The notes under the pieces are model-generated. The model worked only from the letters and a program-made list of their open reading frames with translations. It was not told the DNA's origin and searched no databases. 64,000 nt of DNA from Octopus sinensis. Lineage: Eukaryota. The stretch is taken from contig NC_042999.1 in NCBI RefSeq assembly GCF_006345805.1, positions 64,914,001 through 64,978,000 on the forward strand, in the 5' to 3' direction. The position numbers were made by a program, and so were the translations under genes. This document shows, piece after piece, positions 24,191-39,345 of the stretch (position 1 is its first letter; each line of letters starts with the position of its first letter).

Positions 24191-27100
24191 CTATGAGGAT
24201 GAATTAAGAATGGAGATTTCTTCTGCCCTATGAAGAAAATTAGCTCAAATGCTTGCAATAACCCTTCTCCGTGCAATTTCCTTCGTCAGCATTTTTGTGT
24301 CGTATTTATACGCGATATATCACTGCTTCCAAACAACAAGTTTCCCTGCTTGGGAAGGTGGTAGGTTTTCGCATGCTGGTGTAAGGGCTATGTAGGTGTA
24401 TGCTGAGTGTACATTTTTGTAGTTTAGTAGCAGTCTGGATAGGGCAGTTGTCAAAGAGAAATAAGTAATTTCAAAGTTATGGTTGCCGAAGTGTATTTTG
24501 TATTCTTGTTATTATTGACAAATGATGTCGTATTCAACAAACTGCCTGGATATATTCTTCGTAATATCCAATGTGAAAGGTGGATTAAACTATGTTACAT
24601 TCCTCCTCTCGAGTCTTCACTGACTGTCTGTGTGTCTGTGTGTATGTGTGTGCGGACGTTTGTGTATGTGCGTTTGTGTGTATGTGTGTGTACGCCATAC
24701 TCCTCGCTGAAGTGCTTTTCAATTCCGCGTAGATGTAGTCGAATATATTCATAATCGTGTCCCTGTGAAAACATTCGTATTTGCGTCCTATTTACATACA
24801 ATCCATATTCAAGTTCTATTCAACTTATTACAGGTACCAAGTTTGTAAGAAAGCAGAATAATTGAATTAACTGTCTATTCTTGTACGATATAGCACGCTT
24901 CTTTGGCTTCCTGTAAGAACGGTCTTTGCTTGGCTTTCAATTTAGTGTTATGTCTAAGAAATTCGTGGATATTCATGTTCAAATTTATTACCATACACAT
25001 TTCTATTAAATACGTTCTAAATCTGCTCATTACAGGACATTAATTTTGTATGGATTATTAAAACGTCATAATTAGTGTCTGTAGCTATGGTGGAGTACAA
25101 TTTCTGAGCATATCACATATAAAGAATCCCTCTGGGTTAACTACTTCACCCCCATCACAATTATCCATGCAAATATTAGACGAAATGTTGCTACCCTTAT
25201 TGCTCAAGCAGGAATCACCGTGGTAAAACTGACATGTTTATTATTATTTTGATATTTAAATCAATAATAGTAGTTAATTCTCTCACGATATTTAAGAATT
25301 TCAGGAGAAACGGCATATAAATGAATGTATAAATGAATATTTAAATGAATGTATAAATGTTCACAATCTCAAATTAAGTGAATATGCAGCATAGTTTCTT
25401 TCCAATGCCATAAAATCATTTAATAATGACTATACTGCGTTCCGTTGTTCCATTGTCATGGAGTTTGGAAGCTTTGAGAATGTCCTTACTAACAATTCTT
25501 AATTCAATTCAGTTTTGGAGAAGTGGATGAGTTCTTGCGTGCAAACACAAAAGAATTAAAAATATGAACATGTAAATGTCTGTGTAACTGAAACTTCAGG
25601 AAATCCGAACAATAATTATTTCCTAAGGAATAAATACAGAATAAAATCTGGAAATGGAGTGTTAAATACAGATTTAATTTTTTTCCACATGATTTTCATA
25701 TTATTAGGTTGTTTCGTAACCTGCGTCATGTAGTATTATTATTTCCCTATGCAAAATTATACGTAAATGTTTACATCAAAATATATGCTCACAATATACA
25801 ACACAGTTGTAAACAAAGAAAACCAATTCATCGTATCACCGGAACATGGTGGCTACATTTACGATTCTACAATAAATGTACACACAAAATTCAACCTTTC
25901 TATGTACATTGTATGTAATTTGTTCTGTAATGAGTATCAACAGCGAAATGGACATATATCGTAATATTCTTTGTAGAAGAATTTCACCTATGAACGCGCC
26001 TAAACCAATGAAATGAAAATACACGAAAGAAATTAAAAGAAGTTGCAATCCTTTATTTAAGCAAAGTAACAGAAGTAGCACAAAATATATCAGAAATATA
26101 TTACGAAAATAGAAGTATTAATTCCGAGATGAGAGAACTCCCCTGTCTTCAAGAAATAATACATAAATTCTTTTCGACACCTTGTCCATATCTGAACACC
26201 TTATTAACTGTTTTTGAAATACCTTTGCATTCTTTAGTGCTCTGTCATTTTGTTCAAATTAACGATATCTTCCCCATGTCTGAAAATTCAAGGCATATCG
26301 ATTCAAGTTCAAAAACATGAGATCTAATATAGTTCGTGTGTTTGTTGCACATTGATGACAGCAAGTCTGGAAGGAGTTTCCCTTATAACAGTCCAACTAG
26401 ATATATTTGTCATTTGCTACACGATCTGAAAAACGGCAACAGTTGTAGCTGATACATTTTTCTTTTACCTTACCATTGGTTTCAGCCAGAGGCTAAGGCC
26501 ATGCTTGGACACCACCTTTAATGTAATTGGTATTGGTTCCGGCATTGTTTCCGGTCATGTATCAAGTTGGACGGATCTGCTCTTCTTTGTGATCCGCGCA
26601 GCGATGTAGGCTCATCCGGTATTTGCGATAAAGATTTGCCCGAGCCTTCATTGAAAACTTCCACATCTATACGTCGCATAACTCTAACATGTTTTGGTCG
26701 AATGTTAAAAAGTTGCGGAATTCAGAAAGCGAGGCTGTTATACTATTAGGTCCTTATTCTTCATGGAGAATATGGCGACTTTGATACAACGCAGTGCCTT
26801 CCAGTTTGGTGGCCGGTATAGCTCCAAGTTACAAAGTTCAGTGCTAGATTTTCCAGGACATTCCATACATACATCACTGCAAATCTCTCATGTCGTTTCT
26901 CCGGGTAATATAGCCTAAGTATAATGGAGAAATGATTCGAACATTCGCGAAATATTGCATGAACTGTTGTATGTGCAACTTTCCTAGCTTAAGTACATGA
27001 AACCCCGACCTGTCATCGATTGATCTGAAGAAAAAAAAATATAAGATCTACACTATCTCATGAGAATTCTTAGACTCGATTGAAGATATATATGAATAAA

Positions 27101-27489
27101 GACATGTCGACGTCTCTCATGAGATCCGGTTAAGGCTCGAAAATCGATTAAGGTCGTTTACAATTTTCCAATATGGGAAATAGATTTCACATTCTTGTAT
27201 ATCTTCAAAATAGCTTTACAGACACCCACACACGCACGCACACACAGACACGGACACACGGACACACAGACAAAGACACACAGACAAACACACATAGAGA
27301 CAAACAGATAAAACCATATATCCATGCATATATGCACCAGAAACAACACATACAGGGACATCTAGTAAATAGTAAATGTGTTGCTAAGAGTCAGGCAGTT
27401 ACTCTGTAATGCAATCGTTAACAACATGGCACTCGGGGCGACATTATTAGTGGGCATGTTCCACATTGACGCTTTTATTTGAAGCCTAT

Positions 27490-27512
27490 AATGTCTTCAT
27501 ATATGTGCAAAC

Positions 27513-27571
<59 letters not shown>

Positions 27572-27747
27572 TAATAAACACACACACACACACATATATA
27601 TGTATATGTATATGTATATATATATATACATATACATATATATACATAGATAGATAGGTAGATAGATAGATATAATAAATTTAATACGAATATGAAACAT
27701 ATGTACATATATATCAGTGTATATATGCATATATGTATGTACGTATG

Positions 27748-27800
<53 letters not shown>

Positions 27801-27801
27801 G

Positions 27802-27849
<48 letters not shown>

Positions 27850-28353
27850 TGTATACATACGTATAAATACGTATATGCATATATATGTATTATTGTGTAT
27901 ATATGCATATATATATATATACTTATATGCACATATATCTGAGTGTCTGTGCAAACGTGCTTATGTGCGTAAATGTGTAGTTGTGTAAGTATATACTTAC
28001 AGCATCGTGAGTGCTTACGTTATTCTGTTTGGTTTTGAAGATACTCTAAAACTGTTTCGGAAGAATTGGCTTTAAAAGAATGAAAGTATGTGTTGCTTTA
28101 TTGATTTTCCTGTCAGTTGAGAATCTATCCATTATTTTAGAAGAGTCGTTAATAAATAGCTACTTTATATATCATCGTAACGTACAATTATCTACACCAA
28201 ATCATTGAAGCTGCATCGGGGAATATATATTAGCATGTGCATACATACGTACATGCATGCATACATTCATAGAGGTAAACACATGAAGATATGCATACAT
28301 ACATACATAAAAATAAAATGCACACACACATAAATGTGTATGTATGTATATAT

Positions 28354-28423
<70 letters not shown>

Positions 28424-28459
28424 CATACACATTATGTGTGTGTGCATTTTATTTTATAT

Positions 28460-28496
<37 letters not shown>

Positions 28497-28524
28497 AATA
28501 TATACATATATGTATATGTGTGTA

Positions 28525-28567
<43 letters not shown>

Positions 28568-28606
28568 ATATATAAATATACACACATATACATATATGTA
28601 TATATT

Positions 28607-28643
<37 letters not shown>

Positions 28644-28658
28644 ATATAAAATAAAATG

Positions 28659-28696
<38 letters not shown>

Positions 28697-28739
28697 AACA
28701 CACATTATATATATATATGCGTACATATGTGTGGGTGTT

Positions 28740-28770
<31 letters not shown>

Positions 28771-28800
28771 TATATTATATATATATATATCAACATGCAT
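27490..28800. repeat. TA/TG/CA-rich microsatellite blocks with chained fold-backs at 28310-28455 and 28441-28662
   Basis: TGTGCATTTTATTTT (28441) is mirrored by AAAATAAAATGCACA at about 28310 and about 28648. Confidence 0.85.
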
Positions 28801-29115
28801 GCGTGTGCGTTTGCGTGTAAATGCATACCAGTAAACTTCCGATAGTAAAGTTACGTATCCGTTGGTTGAACATTGTTGATTGACAGCGTTTTTACTAATG
28901 TCCTCATAATCCAGAATGAAGAAATGTCGGATGAGATTTCAAATCATAACAGTTCTATATGTAGACTTTATGTATATACGTGCACACACAAACATACATA
29001 CATGCATGCACACCTATGCATAGACACACATACACACACGTATGTGCTTATGTATATAGATATATGATGTATACATGTTGTTCACATTTAGTTAGATTAT
29101 ATGTAGGAAAACATA

Positions 29116-29187
29116 CGCGGTCTGATCAATATGTATCCGGACTGTTGCCATAGTAACGAAGCTAAAGCACGCAGTGTGAAGCCGCTT
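29116..29187 (+). mobile_element. Probable mariner-type terminal fragment
   Basis: TA-CGCGGTCTGATCAATATGTATCCGGAC resembles a mariner-type TIR after a TA site; no partner TIR found. Confidence 0.4.
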
Positions 29188-29214
29188 ATATATACATATA
29201 TATGTACATATATA

Positions 29215-29294
<80 letters not shown>

Positions 29295-29304
29295 TATACA
29301 TATA

Positions 29305-29515
29305 ACGGGAAGGTTTACGAAAATAAACAAAAGACGAAGGCAGGTGGAGTACAAACAAACAAAGTATTAGTATGGCGCTCAGGAATAGAAATAAAACAAG
29401 TCTTTTACGTTTCGAGCCTACGCTCTTCGACAGAAAGATACACAGAAAAGAAACAAGGAGAGAAACAAAGAGAGAAAAAAATTGCGTGTAGGGGCTAACT
29501 ATCCAACATGGCGTT

Positions 29516-29517
<2 letters not shown>
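29305..29517 (-). mobile_element. Family P element with a hammerhead-like motif at 29401-29438
   Basis: Minus strand TCTTT-CTGTCGA-A-GAGC(GTAG)GCTC-GAAAC-GTA-AAAGA with a 5-bp stem I; (TA)n on both sides. Confidence 0.75.
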
Positions 29518-29578
<61 letters not shown>

Positions 29579-29610
29579 CAAATACATAAATATATACATA
29601 CAAACATATA

Positions 29611-30389
29611 GAGGGTGCGGTAAATATATTGTCTAAATTACGCTTAAATGAAAATATCCCTGACATTTCATTTTAACAGATAAATTGCATAAAGTAAATT
29701 AATTCAATAAAATCGCCATTGGCTTTAACCAGGGCTTCAAACGTCTTCAGAATCTCCTGCAACTTTTCTGGACGGTCTCTTTGTTTAAGTTTGTGAAAGC
29801 TGCCATAATCGTCGCCTTCAATTCATCTTTCGTATTTCTAGGAGTTTTATTGGTCTCTCGCTCATCTACGCCCCACAATTAATAATGAAGTGGGTTACAG
29901 TCTGGAGAATTAGGAGGCCAAATGTTAGGGGTTATGTGGTCGCAAAAATTGTCCGACAGTCATGATTATGTTCTTCTGCTTGTATGGCATGGTGCAGAGC
30001 CCTGTTGCCAGACATAACGTCCTCCAGCGGCCACCCTCTTTAGCCAAGGCAGCACTACCTCCTCCAGGCACTTGATGTAGACCCCCGTGTTGAGTTTGAG
30101 GCCGTGTGGGGAAATGTATGGAGGCATAACTTTGCCATCACTAGTGATCACTCTAAACACTATGATGTTGACTGGATGTGTCATTTTTATCAGTCTCGGT
30201 ACATGTTTTGGGAACACGCTAAGCCGACGGTTTACCAAGCAGCACAGTGAATTGTGTCACGCTGCTGTTTTTCTCAGAGACGGTGACCCACTGACACCAC
30301 TACACTTAGTAGTCATCAAACTCAAAAACAAACAATGTGGGTGCACGAATTAAAAATGTTAATGGCGACAATTTGCCTATTGCACCCTG
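29611..30389 (-). mobile_element. Internally deleted Tc1/mariner DD37D (maT-like) transposon
   Basis: TIRs (C/G)AGGGTGC..TA...A.ATTGTC at both ends. Minus strand HPVNIIVFRVITSDGKVMPP...VWQQGSAPCH...WPPNSPDCNPL; 37 residues lie between the second and third catalytic positions (both mutated here, D in the 62855 copy). Confidence 0.85.
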
Positions 30390-30856
30390 CATATTATATA
30401 TATATGGATGTGTCATTTTTATCAGTCTCGGTACATTTTTGGGAACACGCTAAGCCGACGGTTTACCAAGCAGCACAGTGAATTGTGTCACGCTGCTGTT
30501 TTTCTCAGAGACGGTGACCCACTGACACCACTACACTTAGTAGTCATCAAACTCAAAAACAAACAATGTGGGTGCACGAAATTAAAAATGTTAATGGCGA
30601 CAATTTGCCTATTGCACCCTGCATATATATATATATATGGATGTGTCATTTTTATCAGTCTCGGTACATGTTTTGGGAACACGCTAAGCCGACGGTTTAC
30701 CAAGCAGCACAGTGAATTGTGTCACGCTGCTGTTTTTCTCAGAGACGGTGACCCACTGACACCACTACACTTAGTAGTCATCAAACTCAAAAACAAACAA
30801 TGTGGGTGCACGAAATTAAAAATGTTAATGGCGACAATTTGCCTATTGCACCCTGC

Positions 30857-30889
<33 letters not shown>

Positions 30890-31184
30890 ATATATATGCA
30901 GGGTGCAATAGGCAAATTGTCGCCATTAACATTTTTAATTTCGTGCACCCACATTGTTTGTTTTTGAGTTTGATGACTACTAAGTGTAGTGGTGTCAGTG
31001 GGTCACCGTCTCTGAGAAAAACAGCAGCGTGACACAATTCACTGTGCTGCTTGGTAAACCGTCGGCTTAGCGTGTTCCCAAAACATGTACCGAGACTGAT
31101 AAAAATGACACATCCAGTCAACATCATAGTGTTTAGAGTGATCACTAGTGATGGCAAAGTTATGCCTCCATACATTTCCCCACA
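30105..31184. repeat. Triplicated ~230-bp transposon end plus an inverted copy (fold-back)
   Basis: GGATGTGTCATTTTTATC...GCACCCTGC-(TA)n occurs at about 30174, 30406 and 30639; 30897-31184 is the reverse complement of 30105-30390. Confidence 0.9.
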
Positions 31185-31414
31185 TTCCCATAGTTTTCAA
31201 TCATCTCCGAGAATGGACGCTAAATGGCAATTTCACGACGTCCAGTGTATAAATAACTAGCTTTTGGATCTGCCTAGCTAAATTTTACCTTCGATATTAT
31301 TAGTAGTAGTCAGATATTCAGACAAGGTTTCATAGCTCATGTATACACATATATATGTGTGTGTGCGTGCGAGTGTGTGTTGATATATATATATATAATA
31401 TATATAATATATAT

Positions 31415-31471
<57 letters not shown>

Positions 31472-31663
31472 CAACACACACTCGCACGCACACACACACA
31501 TATATATGTGTATACATGAGCTATGAAACCTTGTCTGAATATCTGACTACTACTAATAATATCGAAGGTAAAATTTAGCTAGGCAGATCCAAAAGCTAGT
31601 TATTTATACACTGGACGTCGTGAAATTGCCATTTAGCTTCCAGATGATTGAAAACTATGGGAA
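31185..31663. repeat. Fold-back inverted repeat with ~200-bp arms around a (TA)n centre
   Basis: TTCCCATAGTTTTCAATCATCT...GTGTGTTGATAT mirrors ATATCAACACAC...AGATGATTGAAAACTATGGGAA; one ~9-nt indel near the outer end. Confidence 0.92.
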
Positions 31664-32508
31664 TTTGGAGGGAAATAGCTCTGAATGATTTATTATTAAA
31701 ACCTATTCTATTTTTCTTAACCATTACATGCAATATCGTAGTATTACTTATAGGCCTTTGCATTGTTTACACAGCGTAGCTGATGGCATCGAAATTTAAC
31801 AGAACCATGCATGGAAGTGTGCCCTGTGATTGCCGAAATACAATTTTTATATTTGTCTAAGGTTGTTTCCTTCGCTGGAGATCAGTTCCTAGTTATTAAT
31901 ATGTGTTCCTCATACTAAAATATTAACTTTAAATAAATACAAATTTTTCTCAGTTTTTTTTTTCTAGTTTGGTTTAAATGAAAGAAACTCTTATCCGTTA
32001 TCCTTGTAGGTCTTTAATGTTAAGTAAGAATATGTGCAAATTCACAGCGTACTTTATGAAACAATATTATATTCATCAGCATAATACAATTCTTGTAATT
32101 CTGATTTCTTTTACTCGACCATAATTTATTTTAAACTACATTATCTAATTACGGTGATGTATTTGCATAGCAAGTGACATGATCTGAGATCGTGTGCTGG
32201 AACGAAAATAATTGCAGCGTGGAAGGTGTTTAGTAGCCATTTAAGAAACACATAAAAACCGTTAGATTCACTTCTACATTTAAATTTAATTTGCCAAAAT
32301 ATTTTCGTCGCTTTGAGACCGCGATCTGTTCACTCACAAAAGTCCCTGCTGCATCTCTAAATACATTATCTAAATCATCCTGTTTAAGACAATAGAGCGT
32401 GTCCTAAAATTTTGCTGTTATTTCTCGCAAGTTAATGTTGTTGCTTTACTATTTATAATTAGGTCATCGTAAAATCTCTGATGTTCAAAGATACACCAGC
32501 TTTTAAGT

Positions 32509-32912
32509 CGGTGAGCTGGTAAAAACGTTAGCACGCCGGGCGAAATGATTAGCGGTATTTCGTCTGCCGTTACGTTCTGGGTACAAATTCCGCCGAGGTT
32601 GACTTTGCTTTTCATCATTTCGGGGTCGATATATTAGGCATCAGTTACGCACTGGGGTCGATATAATCGACTTAATCCGCTTGTCTGTTCTTGTTTGTCC
32701 TCTCTGTGTTTAGCCCCTTGTGGGTAGTAAAGAAATAGGTGTTTCGTCTGCCGCTACGTTCTAGGTACAAATTCCGCCGAGGTCGACTTTGTTTTTCATC
32801 ATTTCGGGGTCGATAAATTAAGTACCAGTTACGCACTGGGGTCGATATAATCGACTTAATCCGTTTGTCTATCCTTGTTTGTCCCCTCTATGTTTAGCCC
32901 CTTGTGGACAAT
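32509..32912 (+). mobile_element. Family D SINE dimer (full head plus a second ~185-bp unit)
   Basis: The second unit starts at GGT(A/G)TTTCGTCTGCC directly after the first tail. Confidence 0.9.
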
Positions 32913-33799
32913 AACGTAATCAGATATATCAGCTTTCATCTTCATATCGTTCTCTTTCGTTTTTAGAAATAACCCATCTAAGACAACCTTATTCAATATA
33001 TTCCACCTCTCTTAAGACGATTATATGTAATTTGAAAGCTATTCACTTAATCTGTTTCGCAACTATGTGGTTTCGAGTTCTTCTCTACAACACGAGGCGT
33101 GCGGGGTTAGGTCTTGAACAAAGCTCCGGAATCAACCGAAACCTTGTTATTTAAACTTTGGTAAGCGTATCCTGTTTTGAAGCTCTTCAGATGGAAAATT
33201 TCATTTCTTAGGAAACTGACTTCACCTGACACCCATTATTAATTACCATTATTTGATCCTCGGTTTACACTGTGCGCCATGCATTCGCTTCAAGTTCTCT
33301 CACTTAATTTCTGTGTTGCTCTTAGATTAAACCTCATAATAATTCATTTGTTACCATCAGGGTAACAAATGAATCACTGCAGAAAATAATGTAGGTGATG
33401 CACCATAGGAATACTATTATTACAGGCTATGATCTAGCAATCATTATACTCATTAAAATATATACATATATTCATGCCTGTTAGATTTAACAGTAATTTT
33501 TTATTCGCTGTTAAGTTTGAGGTATAAGAAGATTGAAATTAATGTTTCATATGTATTAGTTTGATGCAAATTTCGAAATGTACAGCCATTATCGAGAGAT
33601 TTATAATGATGAAAGATAAGAGGACATATGTGGAAATATCAGAGAAAATATTATCAAATTTTATCTAATATTGTCTCTCCATTTCACCCGATTTTTCTTT
33701 ACCCACTGAGAGTAAATTTGATAGATGGAAATGCCTATATACATAGGTATGTGTACGCGCATACTCACACAAAGACACACACAGGCACACACATTTATA

Positions 33800-34769
<970 letters not shown>

Positions 34770-35629
34770 CGTACACACATCAATACCCACCCATACATAC
34801 GTATGAATAATGACAGAAAATGAAAAGTGTAGCAATTTTGAACAATTTCGTTCAGTTTTGTGACACAAAAATGCTGTTTCACTTATGTTGTAGTAAATTA
34901 TATCTAGATTGAAATATAATAATTGTCATGTCGTGTAAGACGTTCCATTTTATTAGAAAAATATAACCGTATTCATATATTCAGTATTATTCTACTTCTC
35001 GTAAATTAATGTTTTTTTTTCCTTTTCGAAGCTTTTTGTCAGGAAGTAAAAAAATGCAGATGACCCTTAACAAGGTTATCAACGTTTATGAGGGAGAGGT
35101 ATGGAGAGAGGTGTCGTGAAACCGAAAATCGGCTCCCAATACTAGTTGCCTCTCCGTTAAAGATAACCAAGATATCAAATGATGGGCTTAAAGCTTGCGA
35201 CAGATTAAAATGGTAGTGATAAATTTTGAAGCGAAAAAGGACTGTCACTCTATGTAGCCATGACGGGATTTCAATTCAAAACGAAAAGGGCATGAACGAA
35301 TACTTTGAATATTTTTATTGCTCATGTTCCACTAATCTACTGTCCTATTGTGGTACTTTTATTTATCTACCTCGAAGGGAGGAAAGGCAAACTTGATCTG
35401 GGCGATATTTAAATACTGAGAGCAGAGACCTGCTGCAAATACCGGGAAACATTCAAAGCAGCGCCCTAACTACTCTGTCAATTCGCTATCTTTGTGCTGT
35501 TATACACTGTGAAATTTATAATCCTTTGTTTTCTTTTACAGGTACAAGGCCTGAGATATTGGGATAAAAGTGATATTTATATGTACACCACTGTATTAGT
35601 TTGTAATGGATTAAGTTATTTACAATATA

Positions 35630-36840
35630 GGAGGATGGGTTGAAAAGTTCATAGGTTGACTGTGAAGGTACTATATTAGAACTGTGAAATCTTGCACGCA
35701 TTAATTTAAACTTTAGTTTCTTTCCAGATAAACTGAAATTTGACATTTCAAAGAAGACTTCAAAAATAACTAGTGGCGTCTTTTCTTAAAAACGAACAAA
35801 ATTTGATGTTATCAAGTATGGGTTTAGCCTCTAAAGACATTCATGCTGACATGGTTACTTCATCAGATGATATCGCTCTAGCTTTACCAATAGTGCAAAA
35901 GTGGGCAGTTAAATATAGGAAGGACTGGAGAGTCTTGATGACGACTCAAACTCTAGACGTCCTGCAACAACCATTACTGAAGATGATATTGATTGTGTTT
36001 ACCACATAGTGATGAATGACAGACAGTTGACTATGAATCAAACAGCCAATGCTGTCAGCATTTCCCGTGAAAGTGTCGAGAATATTCTGCGCAAGGAAGT
36101 TGGTATGCCAAAGGATTCTGCTTGGTGGGTGCTACGTCTTCTGACACCTGATCAAAAGCTCACCAGGTTGATCACATTGCGGAGAGTGGCAGATCCAGCT
36201 GGTTTTGTTGAACGCATTCCAAGCTAGGTTGTATGTTGGGTTCATCACTTTTATCCAGAGAAGAAGAGACAATCTATGCAATGGAAACACTCTTACTAAC
36301 CTGCACCAAAGATAGCCAAGGTCTTTTCATTGGTAGAGGATGTGATGGACTCAGCTTTTTGGGATGCCAAAGGCATTGTATTTATTGACTTTCTTCAAAA
36401 GGGTAACACCATCAAAAGTGAGTACTAGGCCAACTTGCTGAAGTAGTTATTACAAAAGACTATCACGACCAAACGCCCAGGAAAACAGACGAAAGGGCTC
36501 TTGTTTCATCAGAACAATACTCCAGCATCCCGTCTTTTAATGGCTGGTGTGCATGACTGTGACTTTGAAACGCGTGATTGCAGTTCCTGTCCCCTGACTT
36601 GGCCCTATTTGACCACCATTCGTTCCCGAACATGAAAAGGCACTTGGCTAGGAAACAAAATGAGGATGACATTTTTGTTCAACAGGATAAAAACATCTTC
36701 TCCAATCGCATCCAACCTATTCAATACCCATAGAAGAAGTGTGGACAGCAAGGGCGACTTTGTTGAAAAATAATTCTCATTCGTTCACATTCCATGTGAG
36801 TATCTTGGGCAACCTATGAACTTTTCAGCCAACCATCTAC
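35630..36840 (+). mobile_element. Decayed full-length mariner (DD34D-type) transposon
   Basis: TIRs GATGGGTTGAAAAGTTCATAGGTTG and CAACCTATGAACTTTTCAGCCAACCATC. Remnants WWVLRLLTPDQKLTR, WDAKGIVFIDFLQKGNTI, LFHQNNTPA and PDLALFDHHSFPNMKRHL, with stops and frameshifts. Confidence 0.88.
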
Positions 36841-37356
36841 ACACAAGAACATTTATATTTTATCTACATTGAACTCTGAAACCAGAATATAGGCAGATGA
36901 ATAAATATCTGCATTAGCAGCATGCGAATCAGTTGATGACAACCTTGTTAGTAATATACCAATTTATTCGTTATCATGATGAAGGAGCGCAGTGTAGTTG
37001 TTAGGGTGTTCGGTTTACGATCATAATTCCGTTGGTTTACTTCCGGAGCCGGCGGCGCATTGTGTCATTGAGAAATGTACTTTGATTCACGTTGCTGGCC
37101 AGATCCTTCACCCTAGAAGCCTCACTTAATTAAACAGTGGGAGGAACGAGGGGGTATCTATATCTTCTCAGAACTGCTCAGGCATCTCAAACAATTAGCG
37201 ATAAAATAGGACATGCAATCAAGTCATACACATACACACTATTACGCCCAGAAAGATGAATTGATGCTAGAATTAACAGAGTGGTGAGGCAAAATGTCAT
37301 GTAAGAGATATAGAGTGATAGAATAAGTATACCGGGTGACAAAATCAAAATTATAT

Positions 37357-37427
<71 letters not shown>

Positions 37428-37603
37428 GGGAGAATTTACGAAACAAAAACAAAAAACGAAGACAGGTGGTGTACAAAACAAACAGATGTATTAGTATAAC
37501 GCTTAGGAATAGAAAAATTATTTTACGTTTCGAGCCTACGCTCTTCTACAGAAAGGGACACAGAAAAAACAAGGAGAGAAAAAAATGTGTGTAGTGGCTA
37601 ACG
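37428..37603 (-). mobile_element. Family P element with a hammerhead-like motif at 37521-37554
   Basis: Minus strand TTT-CTGTAGA-A-GAGC(GTAG)GCTC-GAAAC-GTA-AAA; TA-flanked. Confidence 0.75.
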
Positions 37604-39046
37604 ATATATATGAGTGGCATATTAGTTTATTTGATAATCTGGTAAACAAAGTATCTTGCAGTACATAGTCGAAAGTCTTGACGTTCAAATTTCGAATACC
37701 AACAGGATAAATTTTGTATCCGGCCGGCGATTGCTAAAATAGCAGTATTCTATTTTGCCGCCTGCTATATCCTCTAGAATTTGTGGTCTCTGGTCTAAAC
37801 TATAATATTTCCTACTGCCAATTAGAAATTGATTAAAATCTAAAACATCATATGTTTTTCAAATTCAAAAAATCACAATTTTTCTTCTAGAATAAAATGT
37901 CTAGTTTCCTAAAATAAAGAAAGTTCACTATATTTTACCTTTAGTATATCAGATTTGATGTACACCAGGATGCAGTTGCTTCGCCTATATCCTATCTTCC
38001 TTGTAACCTGCAACGAAAGAATACAATCTGTTTATAGGAAGTATTATTATGATTATATAATTATAACTATTGGCAATTTAAGTAAATAGTTGAATAACCA
38101 ACAGAAAGACAAATATAACACATCCTAAAATAATGTACTTATGATCAAAGACAATCTTCCTGTATATTTATGGTTACATTGATTAAAGTGTCGTTTAAAA
38201 AAATCAGGATGTGATTAGGGTGCTATTTCTAGCAGGCACAGATACCAACTGTAAACCCTTCTCTTAAAATTAGTTGATATGGTAATGGTTGAATAGATTA
38301 ACTCCAATACTTATTTTCAAGTCTGGCATTTCTTCTATCGGACGCGTCTTCCGAATTTTTTTAAAATTACACTGCCGTAAAGAAACCAACACCGGTTATG
38401 AAACAATAGAATGAACAGCTGTTATATTAACAGTTATATAATATGGGTACTTTCTATGGTTACAATATACCCTTCACGACTTTGTAGTTCTAGGTCAAGT
38501 GTCTTTTTTCCATAGACTCGACTTTCAAATAGCCTGTGGAAAGAATGAATGAAATTTAGTAGCTCTGTATGCAATATAATGAAACTTCATTCGCGGGATA
38601 TTCAGTTTTAATAAGCCAACGGTTTTAATAGGCTCTACAGTATGTTTTTAGCAATGTTTTCCCATTTATTCTACACATGTATTTGTTCTCACACACGCTT
38701 ACACACACACGCACACACACACACACACTCACACACACACGCACGCACACACACACACACACCACACACGCACACACACACACACACAAACGCGCATGAG
38801 AGTGCAAAAAACATGTATACACAAATAAATGCAAATGTGTAACATTGCATGTATGTATGTGTATATGAAATTGCATACTGTTTGCCAATGTACATCGGCA
38901 AATACAAAAAGAAAAACTAGTACCTTAAGAATAAACTTCCTTAGATACACCTATATACAGACACAATCCTTCCATTTCTATCATCAAAATGCAGTTAAAC
39001 AGTAATTGGTCTATATACATACATACATATATGTATATATATATAT

Positions 39047-39345
39047 CACGTGATCACGTGACCGACCAGACCATCAGATGCTGCTACACATCGCTGGTCA
39101 CAATGCGTTCGCATTGTTTTAGCCTTCGAACGACGCCACCCCGCTGGCTAAGCGAGCAGGCCAACAGAAGAAAGAGAGAAAGAGTGGCAAAAGAGTACAA
39201 CAGGGGTCGCCACCCCCTGCCGGAGCTTCGTGGAGCTTTTAGGTGTTTTCGCTCAATAAACACACACAACGCCCGGTCTGGGAATTGAAACCCCGATCCT
39301 CCGACCGCGAGTCCGCTGCCCTAACCACTGGGCCATTGCACCTCC
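39047..39345 (-). mobile_element. tRNA-derived SINE, family B head with tail 1
   Basis: Homologous to 1797-2098; the tail ends in (TA)n. Confidence 0.85.

Noticed and set aside
26520-27024. Complex, protein-like block with a strong minus-strand acceptor at 27025
   Set aside because: All three frames downstream of the acceptor hit stops within 50 codons, and no product is recognisable.
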